In this document: positions 1-7,851 of the stretch, piece by piece
Numbering within the stretch: the first letter of the stretch is position 1
Layout of the letters: every line of letters starts with the position of its first letter
From: Mycolicibacterium smegmatis
GTDB lineage: Bacteria > Actinomycetota > Actinomycetes > Mycobacteriales > Mycobacteriaceae
Reading direction: 5' to 3'
Length of the DNA stretch: 32,000 nucleotides
Assembly: GCF_001457595.1 (NCBI RefSeq)
Contig: NZ_LN831039.1
Span: forward strand, 5,910,001-5,942,000
Program-made: the position numbers and the translations under genes
The notes under the pieces: generated by a model
Seen by the model: the letters and a program-made list of their open reading frames with translations, nothing else
Database searches by the model: none
Told to the model about the DNA's origin: nothing

Positions 1-144
1 GAGCCGGTAGCCACCCTTGAGCCGCGGCACCACCAGCAGTGACGCGGGCACACCGCGGGCATCGAGTTCGGCGCAGAACGTCGCGACCTCGTCCAGGGTG
101 CGGTGGCTGATCTGGGAGATCGAGACGATGAGTTGTCCGGTCAC
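1..144 (-). CDS. 5' portion of a hypothetical protein truncated by the window edge (possibly DUF2334 / polysaccharide-deacetylase-like)
   Basis: Hand translation of the minus strand from GTG at 144-142 gives MTGQLIVSISQISHRTLDEVATFCAELDARGVPASLLVVPRLKGGYRL, open to position 1. An in-frame TGA further upstream limits start choices. It is absent from the ORF track, probably because it is truncated by the window edge. The family guess is from memory only. Confidence 0.3.
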   Translation of the reverse strand, partial: MTGQLIVSISQISHRTLDEVATFCAELDARGVPASLLVVPRLKGGYRL

Positions 145-185
145 GACGCGAGTGTGGCGTCCCCAGGTGTCGCGATGGTTGCCGG

Positions 186-202
186 CACCCGCACTGCGGG
201 TG
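186..202 (-). terminator. Perfect 17-nt palindrome CACCCGCAcTGCGGGTG just 3' of the gpx-like gene; candidate terminator hairpin or protein-binding palindrome
   Basis: Read directly: 8+8 complementary bases around a central C, 7 nt past the gpx stop (209-211). No U-tract follows. Confidence 0.3.
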
Positions 203-208
203 TCCGGT

Positions 209-694
209 TTACGAAACGACCTTCTCGATCGCCTCGATCACCTCAGGCGCGTCCGGTTCTGTGCGGGGCCGGAACCGGTTGACGACGGTGCCATCGGCGG
301 CCAGCAGGAACTTCTCGAAGTTCCACTGGATGTCGCCCGCCTCGCCACCGGCGTCGGGGGTCTCGGTCAGTGCGGCGTACAGCGGGTGGCGCTCTGCGCC
401 GTTGACGTCGGTCTTGGCCAGCAACGGGAACGTCACGCCGTAGGTGGTCGAACAGAACGTCTGAATTTCCTCGGCCGTGCCCGGTTCCTGTCCCATGAAT
501 TGGTTACAGGGCACACCGATCACCGTGAGGCCGCGGTCACCGTATTCCTGCGCGAGTTTCTCCAGTGCGCTGTATTGCGGTGTCAGACCGCATTTCGAGG
601 CGACGTTGACGACGAGTGCGGCCCCGGGGGCCAACTCGCCGAGCGTGGTCTGCTTGCCGTCGAGGGTGGTCAAGTTGATGTTCTTGAGGCTCAC
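209..694 (-). CDS. Glutathione peroxidase family protein (Cys-type, BtuE/Gpx-like), 161 aa
   Basis: The C-terminal 161 aa of ORF 209..1009 carry NVASKCGLTPQY (catalytic Cys), GVPCNQFMGQEPG and WNFEKFL motifs. GTG at 694-692 was verified in the sequence, 19 nt after the upstream tetR stop. Confidence 0.88.
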   Translation of the reverse strand: MSLKNINLTTLDGKQTTLGELAPGAALVVNVASKCGLTPQYSALEKLAQEYGDRGLTVIGVPCNQFMGQEPGTAEEIQTFCSTTYGVTFPLLAKTDVNGAERHPLYAALTETPDAGGEAGDIQWNFEKFLLAADGTVVNRFRPRTEPDAPEVIEAIEKVVS

Positions 695-713
695 CGGTGC
701 GACGCTACCGGAG

Positions 714-1259
714 TCAGCCGTCGAACAGGATGGCTCCCAGACGCTCGACCGTGGCGATCGGGTCACGGTCGGTGTCGATCGCGTCGTTGAGCCACAGCAG
801 CGAAAAACCGTGCACCATCGACCATGCCGCGAGCGCAGCCCCAGCCGGATCGTCCTTGGCCTTGGGGTCGTCGAGGGTGCCGACCCCGCGGTTGAGCTCG
901 GCACCCGCCGCCGAGGCGGCCGCGACGAGACCCGGGTCGGTGTCGTCGTACAGCGACTTGTCGAACATGACCGCGTAGTGGCCCGGATGATCGAGCGCGA
1001 AGCGCACATACGCCTTGGCGGCGTCGATGAACTGCCCGCGCACGTCTTTCAGCGCGTCGGCCAGCAGTTGGTACCCCTCGGTGGCCAGCGCGGTGAACAG
1101 GCCGCGCCGGTCGGTGAAATGGTGCGCCGGCGCGGCGTGAGAGACCCCCGCGGTGCGCGCGAGTTCGCGCAGCGAGATGCCGTCCGCTCCGCGCTCGGCC
1201 ACCAGCGTCGCCGCGTGCTGCAGGATCACAGCCTTGAGGTCGCCATGGTGGTACGCCAT
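714..1259 (-). CDS. TetR-family transcriptional regulator, 181 aa
   Basis: ORF 714..1385 trimmed to ATG at 1259 (MAYHHGDLKAVILQHAATLVAERGADGISLRELARTAGVSHAAPAHHF is a typical TetR HTH N-terminus). It probably forms an operon with the gpx-like gene. Confidence 0.85.
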   Translation of the reverse strand: MAYHHGDLKAVILQHAATLVAERGADGISLRELARTAGVSHAAPAHHFTDRRGLFTALATEGYQLLADALKDVRGQFIDAAKAYVRFALDHPGHYAVMFDKSLYDDTDPGLVAAASAAGAELNRGVGTLDDPKAKDDPAGAALAAWSMVHGFSLLWLNDAIDTDRDPIATVERLGAILFDG

Positions 1260-1277
1260 ACCGACGATCCTATCGAA

Positions 1278-1340
1278 CCAATCTTGACAGTGCCTAAATC
1301 GACGCGCACAATCGCAGGATCTAGCCACTGACAAGATTGG
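1278..1340. promoter_or_regulatory. Long inverted repeat (candidate TetR operator pair) spanning the divergent tetR / DoxX-like promoter region
   Basis: CCAATCTTGACAGTG (1278-1292) and CCACTGACAAGATTGG (1325-1340) match 14/15 as reverse complements, with a 32-nt spacer. The left arm contains TTGACA (1284-1289), followed after 17 nt by CACAAT (1307-1312). On the minus strand, TAGGAT (1272-1267) lies 7 nt before the tetR ATG. Confidence 0.45.
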
Positions 1341-1347
1341 ATGGAGC

Positions 1348-1797
1348 ATGGCGGTATTCGCGACACTGGTGCTCGGCACCGTCATCGCCAGGATCGTGGG
1401 ACTGCTCGGCGTCGCCTACGTCGACACGTGGTCGTCGGCGGCCGCGGTCGGCCTGGCCGCGATGTTCGCGCTGACCGGGATCGCCCACTTCGTCGATCCG
1501 TTGCGCCGCGACATGATCGCGATCGTGCCGCCGCGCCTGCCCGCGCCGGGACTGCTGGTCACCGTCACCGGCGCGCTCGAACTCCTCGGCGCGGCAGGCC
1601 TGCTGTACCCGCCGACGCGCGTCGCGGCCGCGGTGTGCCTGTTCGTGTTGATGCTGGCCATGTTCCCGGCCAACGTCTACGCCGCGCGGATGCCCGATCC
1701 GCCCAAGTCGATGACGTCGAAGCTAGGTGTCCGGACCGCCGAAGAGGGCGTCTACCTGGCCGCTGCCGTACTGGTCGCGATCGGCGGCGGCCAATAG
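1348..1797 (+). CDS. DoxX-like integral membrane protein, 149 aa
   Basis: Four hydrophobic segments. The pattern FALTGIAHF...TGALELLGAAGLL..TR.AA..L...M..A resembles the DoxX-like family. It is divergent from the tetR. Family assignment is from memory. Confidence 0.7.
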   Translation: MAVFATLVLGTVIARIVGLLGVAYVDTWSSAAAVGLAAMFALTGIAHFVDPLRRDMIAIVPPRLPAPGLLVTVTGALELLGAAGLLYPPTRVAAAVCLFVLMLAMFPANVYAARMPDPPKSMTSKLGVRTAEEGVYLAAAVLVAIGGGQ

Positions 1798-3879
1798 CCA
1801 CGCGTACTGGAACGCGGCCTCGCGCCACCGCTCGTAGCGTCCGCTCAGCCCACCGTGGCCCGCCACCATCTCGGTCTTGAGCAGCACCGGGTTGTTGTCG
1901 GTCTTGGTGTGACGAAGCGCGGCAACCCATTTCGCCGGTTCGACGTAGTACACGCGGGTGTCGTTGAGCGACGTCATCGCCAGGATCGGCGGATAGTCCT
2001 GCGTCGTGACGTTCTCGTACGGCGAGTACGACTTCATGTACCGGTACACCTCGGGGTCCTCCAGCGGGTTGCCCCACTCGTCCCATTCGGTGACCGTCAG
2101 CGGCAGGGACGGGTCGAGGATCGTGGTGAGCGCGTCGACGAACGGCACCTGCGCCAGGATCCCTGCGAACAGGTCCGGCGCCATGTTGGCCACCGCACCC
2201 ATCAGCAGGCCACCCGCGCTGCCGCCGAGTGCCACCAGGTTCTGCGGGCGCGTGAGCCCCTGGTCGATGAGATGGCGTGCGACCGCGATGAAGTCGGTGA
2301 AGGTGTTCTTCTTCTCCAGCAGCTTGCCGTGCTCGTACCACGACCGGCCCAGCTCACCGCCGCCGCGGACGTGCGCGATCGCGAACACCATGCCGCGGTC
2401 CAAGAGCGACAGCCGCGCGATCGAGAATCGCGGATCCTCGCACGACTCGTAGGCGCCGTAACCGTAGAGCAGCGTCGGCGCCGGGAACTGCACACCGGCG
2501 CGGTGCACGATCGAGATCGGCACACGCGCACCGTCTTCGGCGATCGCCCAGTCGCGGCGCTCCACGTAGTCCTCGGGGCGGTAACCGCCCAGGACGGGCT
2601 GCTCACGCAGCAGGGTCCGCTCGCCGGTCGCCAGATCCAGGTCGTACACCCGCGCCGGGGTGATGAACGACGTCGCCGCGATACGCAGCTTGGGTGTCGA
2701 CCAGTTCGGGTTGCCGGCCAGGCCCGCCGCGGTGAGCTCGGAGGCGAACGTGATCTCCTGCGCGCGGCCGTATTCGCCGTCGGCGTTGATCGGCCAGAGC
2801 TGGATCTTCGGCAGCGCCTCGCTGCGGTAGCTCACCACCAGGAAACCGTCGAACGCGTCGACCGCGTCGAGGCGCACATCGTCGCGGTGCGCGATGAGCG
2901 TGCGGAAGTCGTTCGGATCGCTGACCGGGGCGTCGACCAGCATGAAGTTCTCGGCACCGTCGTTGTGCAGGATCAGGAACCGATCCTCGCCACCGACCAC
3001 CGCGTGCTCGACGGAGTACTCCACCAGGTCGCGGCGTCCCCACACCGAGGTGAACTCGGCCTGCGGATCGGTCGCGTCGCCGTAGCGCACCTCGGACGTC
3101 ACGGCACTGCCCGCGGCGATGAACACGTACTTGTCGCTGCGGCTGCGCCCGATGCCCACCCAGAACCGTTCATCGGGCTCGTGATACACCCGCTCACCCG
3201 GCAGACCCGCGCCAAGGCGGTGGCGCCACACGGTGTCCGGGCGCCACGCGTCGTCCACGGTCGTGTAGTAGAACGTCCGGTTGTCGGCCGCCCAGATGCC
3301 GCCCGCACCGATCCCGGTGATCGTGTCGTCGTACAGCTCACCGGTGTGAAGATCCTTGAACCGCAACGTGTACCGCTCGTCACCCAGGACGTCGACCGAG
3401 TAGGCCAGGGTGTTGCCGTCCAGGCTCACCGTCGCCGCGCCCAGTGCGAAGTACTCGTGCCCGTCGGCCTCGACGTTCTCGTCGAGCAGGATCTGCTCGC
3501 CCGGAACCTCGGTGTGCTCGTCGAAGGTCGGCGGCGTCCAGTCGTCGGGATCGCTGACCGGGCACCGGCAGTGCACGGCGTACTGCTTGCCCTCGAAGCT
3601 GCGCGCGTAGTACCACCACGGGCCGCGACGCATCGGCACCGACAGATCGGTCTCCTTGGTGCGGGCCTTGATCTCGTCGAAGATCTTCTGCCGCAACGGC
3701 TCCAGATGCGCCGTGACGGACGCGGTGTAGGCGTTCTCGGCCTCCAGGTAGCCGATCACCTCGGGGTCGTCCTTGTCGCGCAACCACTCGTACGGATCGA
3801 TGAACACATCGCCGTGGTGCTCACGACGGTGGTTGAGCCGCTTGGCGACCGGGGGTTCCACAGGCTGCTGCTCGCTCAT
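1723..3879 (-). CDS. ptrB: Oligopeptidase B (protease II), S9 prolyl-oligopeptidase family, 718 aa, intact
   Basis: ORF 1723..4467 trimmed to ATG at 3879 ([14 protein letters not shown]...). It has an N-terminal beta-propeller region and a C-terminal catalytic domain with [10 protein letters not shown] (Ser nucleophile) and VAGHGG (His). The ATG overlaps the purC stop (ATGA at 3876-3879). Confidence 0.9.
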
Positions 3880-4775
3880 GCACCGATCCAATCGTCGAAA
3901 CTGAGACCCGAGATGCGTTCGTAGGCCTCGATGTACCGCTCGCGCGTGGCCGCGACGATGTCGTCGGGCAGCGCAGGTGGCGGGGTGTTGCCGTGGCGGT
4001 CCCAGCCCGACTCCGGGCCGGTGAGCCAGTTGCGTACGAACTGCTTGTCGAAGCTGTTCTGCACCACGCCCGGCTGGTAGCTGTCGGCGCGCCAGTAGCG
4101 CGACGAGTCGGGCGTGAACACCTCGTCGGCCAGCACCACGGTGCCGTCCCTGTCGACACCGAACTCGAACTTGGTGTCGGCGATGATGATCCCCTTGCTC
4201 AGCGCATGGTCGGCGCCGGCGGTGTAGGTCTGCAGCGTGCGGTCGCGCAGCTGGTTGGCCAGCTCCGCGCCCACCAGCTCGATCACCTTCGCGAACGAGA
4301 TGTTCTCGTCGTGCTCGCCGATCTCGGCCTTGGTGGCCGGGGTGAACAACGGCTCGTCGAACTTGCTCGCCTCCCCCAGCCCGGGCGGCAGCGCGATGCC
4401 GCACACCGTGCCCGTCTTCTCGTAATCGATCAATCCCGAGCCGGTCAGATAGCCGCGCGCCACGCACTCGACCGGCAGCATGTCCAGGCGGCGCACCACG
4501 AGCGCGCGGCCCAGCACGTCGGCGGGGATGCGCTCGTCGTCGGGCGGGCCTGCGAGGTGGTTGGGCACACCCGCCGTTCGCAGCAGGTGGTCGAAGAAGA
4601 ACACGCTCATCGCGGTCAGGATCCGGCCCTTGTCCGGGATCTGGGAATCCAGGATGTAGTCATAGGCCGAAATCCGGTCGCTGGCCACAAAGAGCAGGTG
4701 CTCGTCGTCGATGCGGTAGATCTCGCGGACTTTGCCGCTGGCCAGGTGTTGGTAGTCGGACAGAGCAGGGCGCAT
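3876..4775 (-). CDS. purC: Phosphoribosylaminoimidazole-succinocarboxamide (SAICAR) synthase, 299 aa
   Basis: Contains [16 protein letters not shown] and [10 protein letters not shown] motifs. Synteny with Mtb purC-ptrB. Confidence 0.95.
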
Positions 4776-4805
4776 TCGGCCAGCCTATGTGTTGGGATCG
4801 GGTCC

Positions 4806-5429
4806 ATGAGATCGCGGTACCTGCCCTATGCCAGCAGACCGGGCCGATTGCTCGCACAGTTGTTCAGCGATGTGGCGGTGATCCTGTGGACCGCGATATG
4901 GGTGCTGGTGGGCATGGCCGTGCACTCCGCGGTGTCGACGATCGCCGAGGTCGGGCGGCAGGTGGAGACCGGAGCCAACGGTGTGTCGGAAAACCTCAGC
5001 TCAGCCGGGGACAGCACCGACAACGTGCCGCTGATCGGCGACACGCTGAGCAAGCCGCTGCGCGCGGCCAGTGACGCGGCTCTCGACATCGCGGGCGCCG
5101 GGCACAACCTCGACTCCACCGCGAGTTGGCTCGCGTGGGTGCTCGCGCTGGCCGTCGCCGCCGCGCCCATCCTGTTCGTCGCCATGCCCTGGCTGTATCT
5201 GCGCGTGCGATTCTTCCGGCGCAAGTGGACCGCGATCACGCTGGCGTCCACGGCCGCGGGAGAACAGTTGCTCGCGTTGCGAGCCCTGGCCAACCGGCCG
5301 CTGAGCAAGCTCACCGCGGTCTCCGACGACCCGGTCGGCGCCTTCCAGCGCCAGGATCAGGCCGCGATCCGCGGGCTCGCGGCCCTCGAACTGCGTTCGG
5401 CGGGCATGCGCCTGCGCCGCATCCCGTGA
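4806..5429 (+). CDS. Conserved mycobacterial transmembrane protein (Rv0779c-like), 207 aa
   Basis: ORF 3993..5429 trimmed to the first ATG outside purC (4806). Two to three TM segments (VILWTAIWVLVGMAV, LAWVLALAVAAAPILFVAMPWL). Its position next to purC matches Mtb. Confidence 0.7.
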   Translation: MRSRYLPYASRPGRLLAQLFSDVAVILWTAIWVLVGMAVHSAVSTIAEVGRQVETGANGVSENLSSAGDSTDNVPLIGDTLSKPLRAASDAALDIAGAGHNLDSTASWLAWVLALAVAAAPILFVAMPWLYLRVRFFRRKWTAITLASTAAGEQLLALRALANRPLSKLTAVSDDPVGAFQRQDQAAIRGLAALELRSAGMRLRRIP

Positions 5430-5476
5430 TTTGTGGAGTTTTTCCGTCGCTGAGCGCACGAAAAACTCCACAAATC
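5428..5476. terminator. Perfect 17-bp-stem hairpin (15-nt loop) starting on the stop codon of the upstream gene; terminator or REP/TRIT-like element
   Basis: GATTTGTGGAGTTTTTC (5428-5444) and GAAAAACTCCACAAATC (5460-5476) are exact reverse complements. The loop contains the palindrome CGCTgAGCG. No U-tract follows. Confidence 0.5.
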
Positions 5477-5520
5477 GCTGGGGTGGAACCGGTTGAGGGG
5501 CTGGGACCGTCCAATGCTTT

Positions 5521-6420
5521 GTGATCGACGACTATCTGCGTGACCACGACGGCGTGATCACCCTTGCGCAGGCACGCGAGGCAGGCCTGAGCGAGAACTC
5601 CGTGCGGCGCAGGGTTCGGTCGGGGCGCTGGCTTCGCTGTTCGCGCGGCGTCTACTTCGCCACGGACCGTCCCTTCACCGATCAGGCCCGTATCCGTGTC
5701 GGCGTGTGGTCGTACGGTCCTCAGGCGACCGCGAGCGGGTTGGCTGCCGCGTGGTGGCTCGGCGTCACGAAGTATGCGCCCGAGATCGTCGAAGTGACCG
5801 CACCGCGTTCGAGTCGCCTGCAACACCGCCCGGGCACCAGGCTGCGCCGCCGGGATCTGTGGCCCACCGACGTCGTGGAGCGCAACGGTCTGCGGGTGAC
5901 GACGCTGCCACTGACCGTGGTGGAGGCGGCCGCGCGACGGGGTGGCGGCGCCAAGCTCATGGACTCAGCCCTTCAACGCCACGTCGAACTGCGTGAACTG
6001 TGGCGAGTCCACCTGCGCAACACGGGCAGGCATGGTTCACCCGCCGCGCGCCGGCTGTTGATCGCGGCCGACGACGGTGCCCGCTCGGCCGCCGAGCGCC
6101 TCCTGGTGAAGCTGCTGAAGGATGCCCGGATCATCGGCTGGAAGGCCAATCACCGCGTGGGCCGGTTCGTGGTGGACGTGGCGTTCCCCGCGGTGAAGGT
6201 CGCCATCGAGGCCGACGGCTGGGCGTTCCACAGTGATCAGGCGGACTTCCAGCACGACCGCATCAAGCAGAACGAGTTGACCTTGATGGGCTGGCTGCCG
6301 TTGCGGTTCACGTGGCTGGACCTCACCGAGTACCCGCAACGTGTGATCGCCGAGATCCGCTTCGCTATCGACTCCCGGACAGCCGCCGCAGCCACCTCGT
6401 ATACGAGTGCCGCACGGTGA
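5521..6420 (+). CDS. DUF559 (Vsr-like endonuclease fold) protein with an AbiEi-like winged-helix N-terminus, 299 aa
   Basis: The N-terminus has GVITLAQAREAGLSENSVRRRVRSGRWLRCSRGVYF. The C-terminus has VDVAFPAVKVAIEADGWAFHSDQADFQHDRIKQNELTLMGWLPLRFTW, the typical DUF559 core. GTG start, no clear SD. Confidence 0.75.
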   Translation: MIDDYLRDHDGVITLAQAREAGLSENSVRRRVRSGRWLRCSRGVYFATDRPFTDQARIRVGVWSYGPQATASGLAAAWWLGVTKYAPEIVEVTAPRSSRLQHRPGTRLRRRDLWPTDVVERNGLRVTTLPLTVVEAAARRGGGAKLMDSALQRHVELRELWRVHLRNTGRHGSPAARRLLIAADDGARSAAERLLVKLLKDARIIGWKANHRVGRFVVDVAFPAVKVAIEADGWAFHSDQADFQHDRIKQNELTLMGWLPLRFTWLDLTEYPQRVIAEIRFAIDSRTAAAATSYTSAAR

Positions 6421-6955
6421 CCGTGCCCATGCGCACCCGGCCCCGCACGACGAGGTGCAGATGCTCCGACGGCGGACTGGAGCGCACCTTGAGTGTGGCG
6501 TTGCCGGCGACCGGATGAACCCCGTTGAGATCGGCCGTGGCGTTGCCCGGCACGATCAGGGTGGTGGTACTGCAGTAGTCGTCGATCTCGATGTGCACCA
6601 CGCGCCCGGGAAGAACCGCGGACGTGAAATCCAGCGTGGTGTTGCACATCCTGGTGACGAGCCGCAGAGTCGGGGCGACGGTCCACTGCCCGCGGCGCTC
6701 GATGGTCGACATCCAGCTGCGCAGTTCCTCGGGTCGCCGCTGCACCGTGGGCGCCATGGGCGCCGTCGGGTCCGGCAGGTCCGCGAGGACGGCGTTGAGT
6801 TCCCCACGGGTGCGCGCGGCCAGGGCGATGTCGACGCGCTCGGTGAACTCGTCGAGCGTGAGCATGCCTGCCCCGACGGCACGTTCGAGGGCGTGCCTGA
6901 CCTGGGTGCGTTCGGCATCCGAGACTCGCAGATTGTCACCTGAGACCGGGTCCAT
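6365..6955 (-). CDS. DUF1707 domain protein with a beta-rich LiaF-like C-terminal region, 196 aa
   Basis: ORF 6365..7486 trimmed to ATG at 6955 (MDPVSGDNLRVSDAERTQVRHALERAVGAGMLTLDEFTERVDIALAARTRGELNAVLADLP is the DUF1707 signature). GGGGA lies just upstream. Confidence 0.75.
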   Translation of the reverse strand: MDPVSGDNLRVSDAERTQVRHALERAVGAGMLTLDEFTERVDIALAARTRGELNAVLADLPDPTAPMAPTVQRRPEELRSWMSTIERRGQWTVAPTLRLVTRMCNTTLDFTSAVLPGRVVHIEIDDYCSTTTLIVPGNATADLNGVHPVAGNATLKVRSSPPSEHLHLVVRGRVRMGTVTVRHSYTRWLRRLSGSR

Positions 6956-6975
6956 GTTCCCCAAGGGTAGGTGAC

Positions 6976-7851
6976 TCAGCGGGGCACCCGCGTTGCCACG
7001 GCCATCAGCCACGCGGCAAACGCGATACCGAAGAACACCTGCGACACCACAACCAGTGGATGCCAACCGGTTTCGCCCGCGACGGCAAACGATGCGGCGG
7101 AGTACATGCCGAGCGGGAACACCGCGGGCCAGTTGTTGAGCTGCCGCCAGCCCGTGAGTGCCAACGGCACGATCTGCACCGAAGCGACGCCCAGCGTGAC
7201 CACGGTGACCGCGAGCACGGCGTCGGCGATCGGGCCAGGGTGCAGCGTGGAGTGGATGTGCTCGCCGGCCAGGGTCGCGATCGCCGCGGCGCCCATCAGG
7301 ATCCAGTGATCGGCGGGCACGTTGCGCCGCGTCTCGGGTTCGACGAGGCCCCGCCACGCGACCAGACCGGTCATCACCACGTACACGCACATCGCCAGCA
7401 CCCACAGAGACATCGCCGCGAAGAGGTTTCCGCCGGCCATGAAGACGATCGCCAGCCCGGATGTCGCGACGCTGGCCAGTTCCCACAGGCCGCGGGCACG
7501 ATCACGCATGCCGGTCAGGCCCAACCGCCGCATGCGGCGAATGACCATCGGCGCCAGCGACACCCAGCCCGCCGTCGCGAGCGGGCCGAACACCCAGACG
7601 CTCCACCCGTATTCGTGCAACCGCGCGGTGAGCACGGCACACGCGGCCACGTAGGTGTACAACGACATCACGATGTCGATGTCACCGATGTCGAATGTTC
7701 GCCACCGCGCCGCGGTCAGGTACATCAGCACCGGCAGCGCGAGCAACGCCAGCACCGCGAGCGGGGCACTGATCACGCCGAGGTGGTGGTCGGCCGCGGC
7801 GATGGACACGATGCCGGTGGCCATGACCACCGCGAACACATTGGGTTTCAC
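6976..7851 (-). CDS. TDT-family (TehA / SLAC1 / C4-dicarboxylate-like) membrane transporter, 291 aa
   Basis: About 9-10 TM segments with an MATGIVSI-type N-terminal motif. GTG at 7851 overlaps the P450 stop (GTGA). The alternative ATG at 7908 would overlap the P450 by 61 nt. Confidence 0.7.
   Translation of the reverse strand: MKPNVFAVVMATGIVSIAAADHHLGVISAPLAVLALLALPVLMYLTAARWRTFDIGDIDIVMSLYTYVAACAVLTARLHEYGWSVWVFGPLATAGWVSLAPMVIRRMRRLGLTGMRDRARGLWELASVATSGLAIVFMAGGNLFAAMSLWVLAMCVYVVMTGLVAWRGLVEPETRRNVPADHWILMGAAAIATLAGEHIHSTLHPGPIADAVLAVTVVTLGVASVQIVPLALTGWRQLNNWPAVFPLGMYSAASFAVAGETGWHPLVVVSQVFFGIAFAAWLMAVATRVPR

Noticed and set aside
147-156. The 10-mer CGCGAGTGTG is shared between the gpx-downstream spacer (147-156) and the outer arm of the 18551-18610 hairpin. 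The two long hairpins (5428 and 18551) might also be copies of one repeat family.
   Set aside because: A single 10-nt match could be chance, and the rest of the sequences do not align. The two long hairpins share only general style (AT-rich inner stem, start on a stop codon), not sequence. A genome-wide search is needed before calling a family.
209-694. Possible selenocysteine-type glutathione peroxidase.
   Set aside because: The active-site position in NVASKCGLTPQY is an ordinary Cys codon, and there is no in-frame TGA. It is a Cys-type peroxidase.
1855-3924. Very long ORFs on the strand opposite to well-supported genes: 1855-3924 (+, 689 aa) opposite ptrB, 16588-18420 (-, 610 aa), 24141-26036 (-, 631 aa), 28082-29791 (-, 569 aa), 21911-23386 (+), 17-790 (+) and many shorter ones.
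   Set aside because: Their translations are Arg/Ala/Gly/Pro/His-rich low-complexity strings without any recognisable motif. They exactly shadow genes with strong family signatures. This is the usual stop-codon-poor antisense frame artefact of high-GC DNA.
4776-4805. Riboswitch or leader elements upstream of the purine genes (purC, purB, purD).
   Set aside because: The upstream gaps are 30, 39 and 98 nt. The first two are too short for a structured leader, and I see no conserved riboswitch-like stems in the 98-nt purD gap.
5430-7851. Non-syntenic block as a mobile genetic element or genomic island.
   Set aside because: I could see no integrase, transposase, tRNA target, terminal inverted repeats or flanking direct repeats. 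Two of the three genes are wired into the purB-P450 operon.
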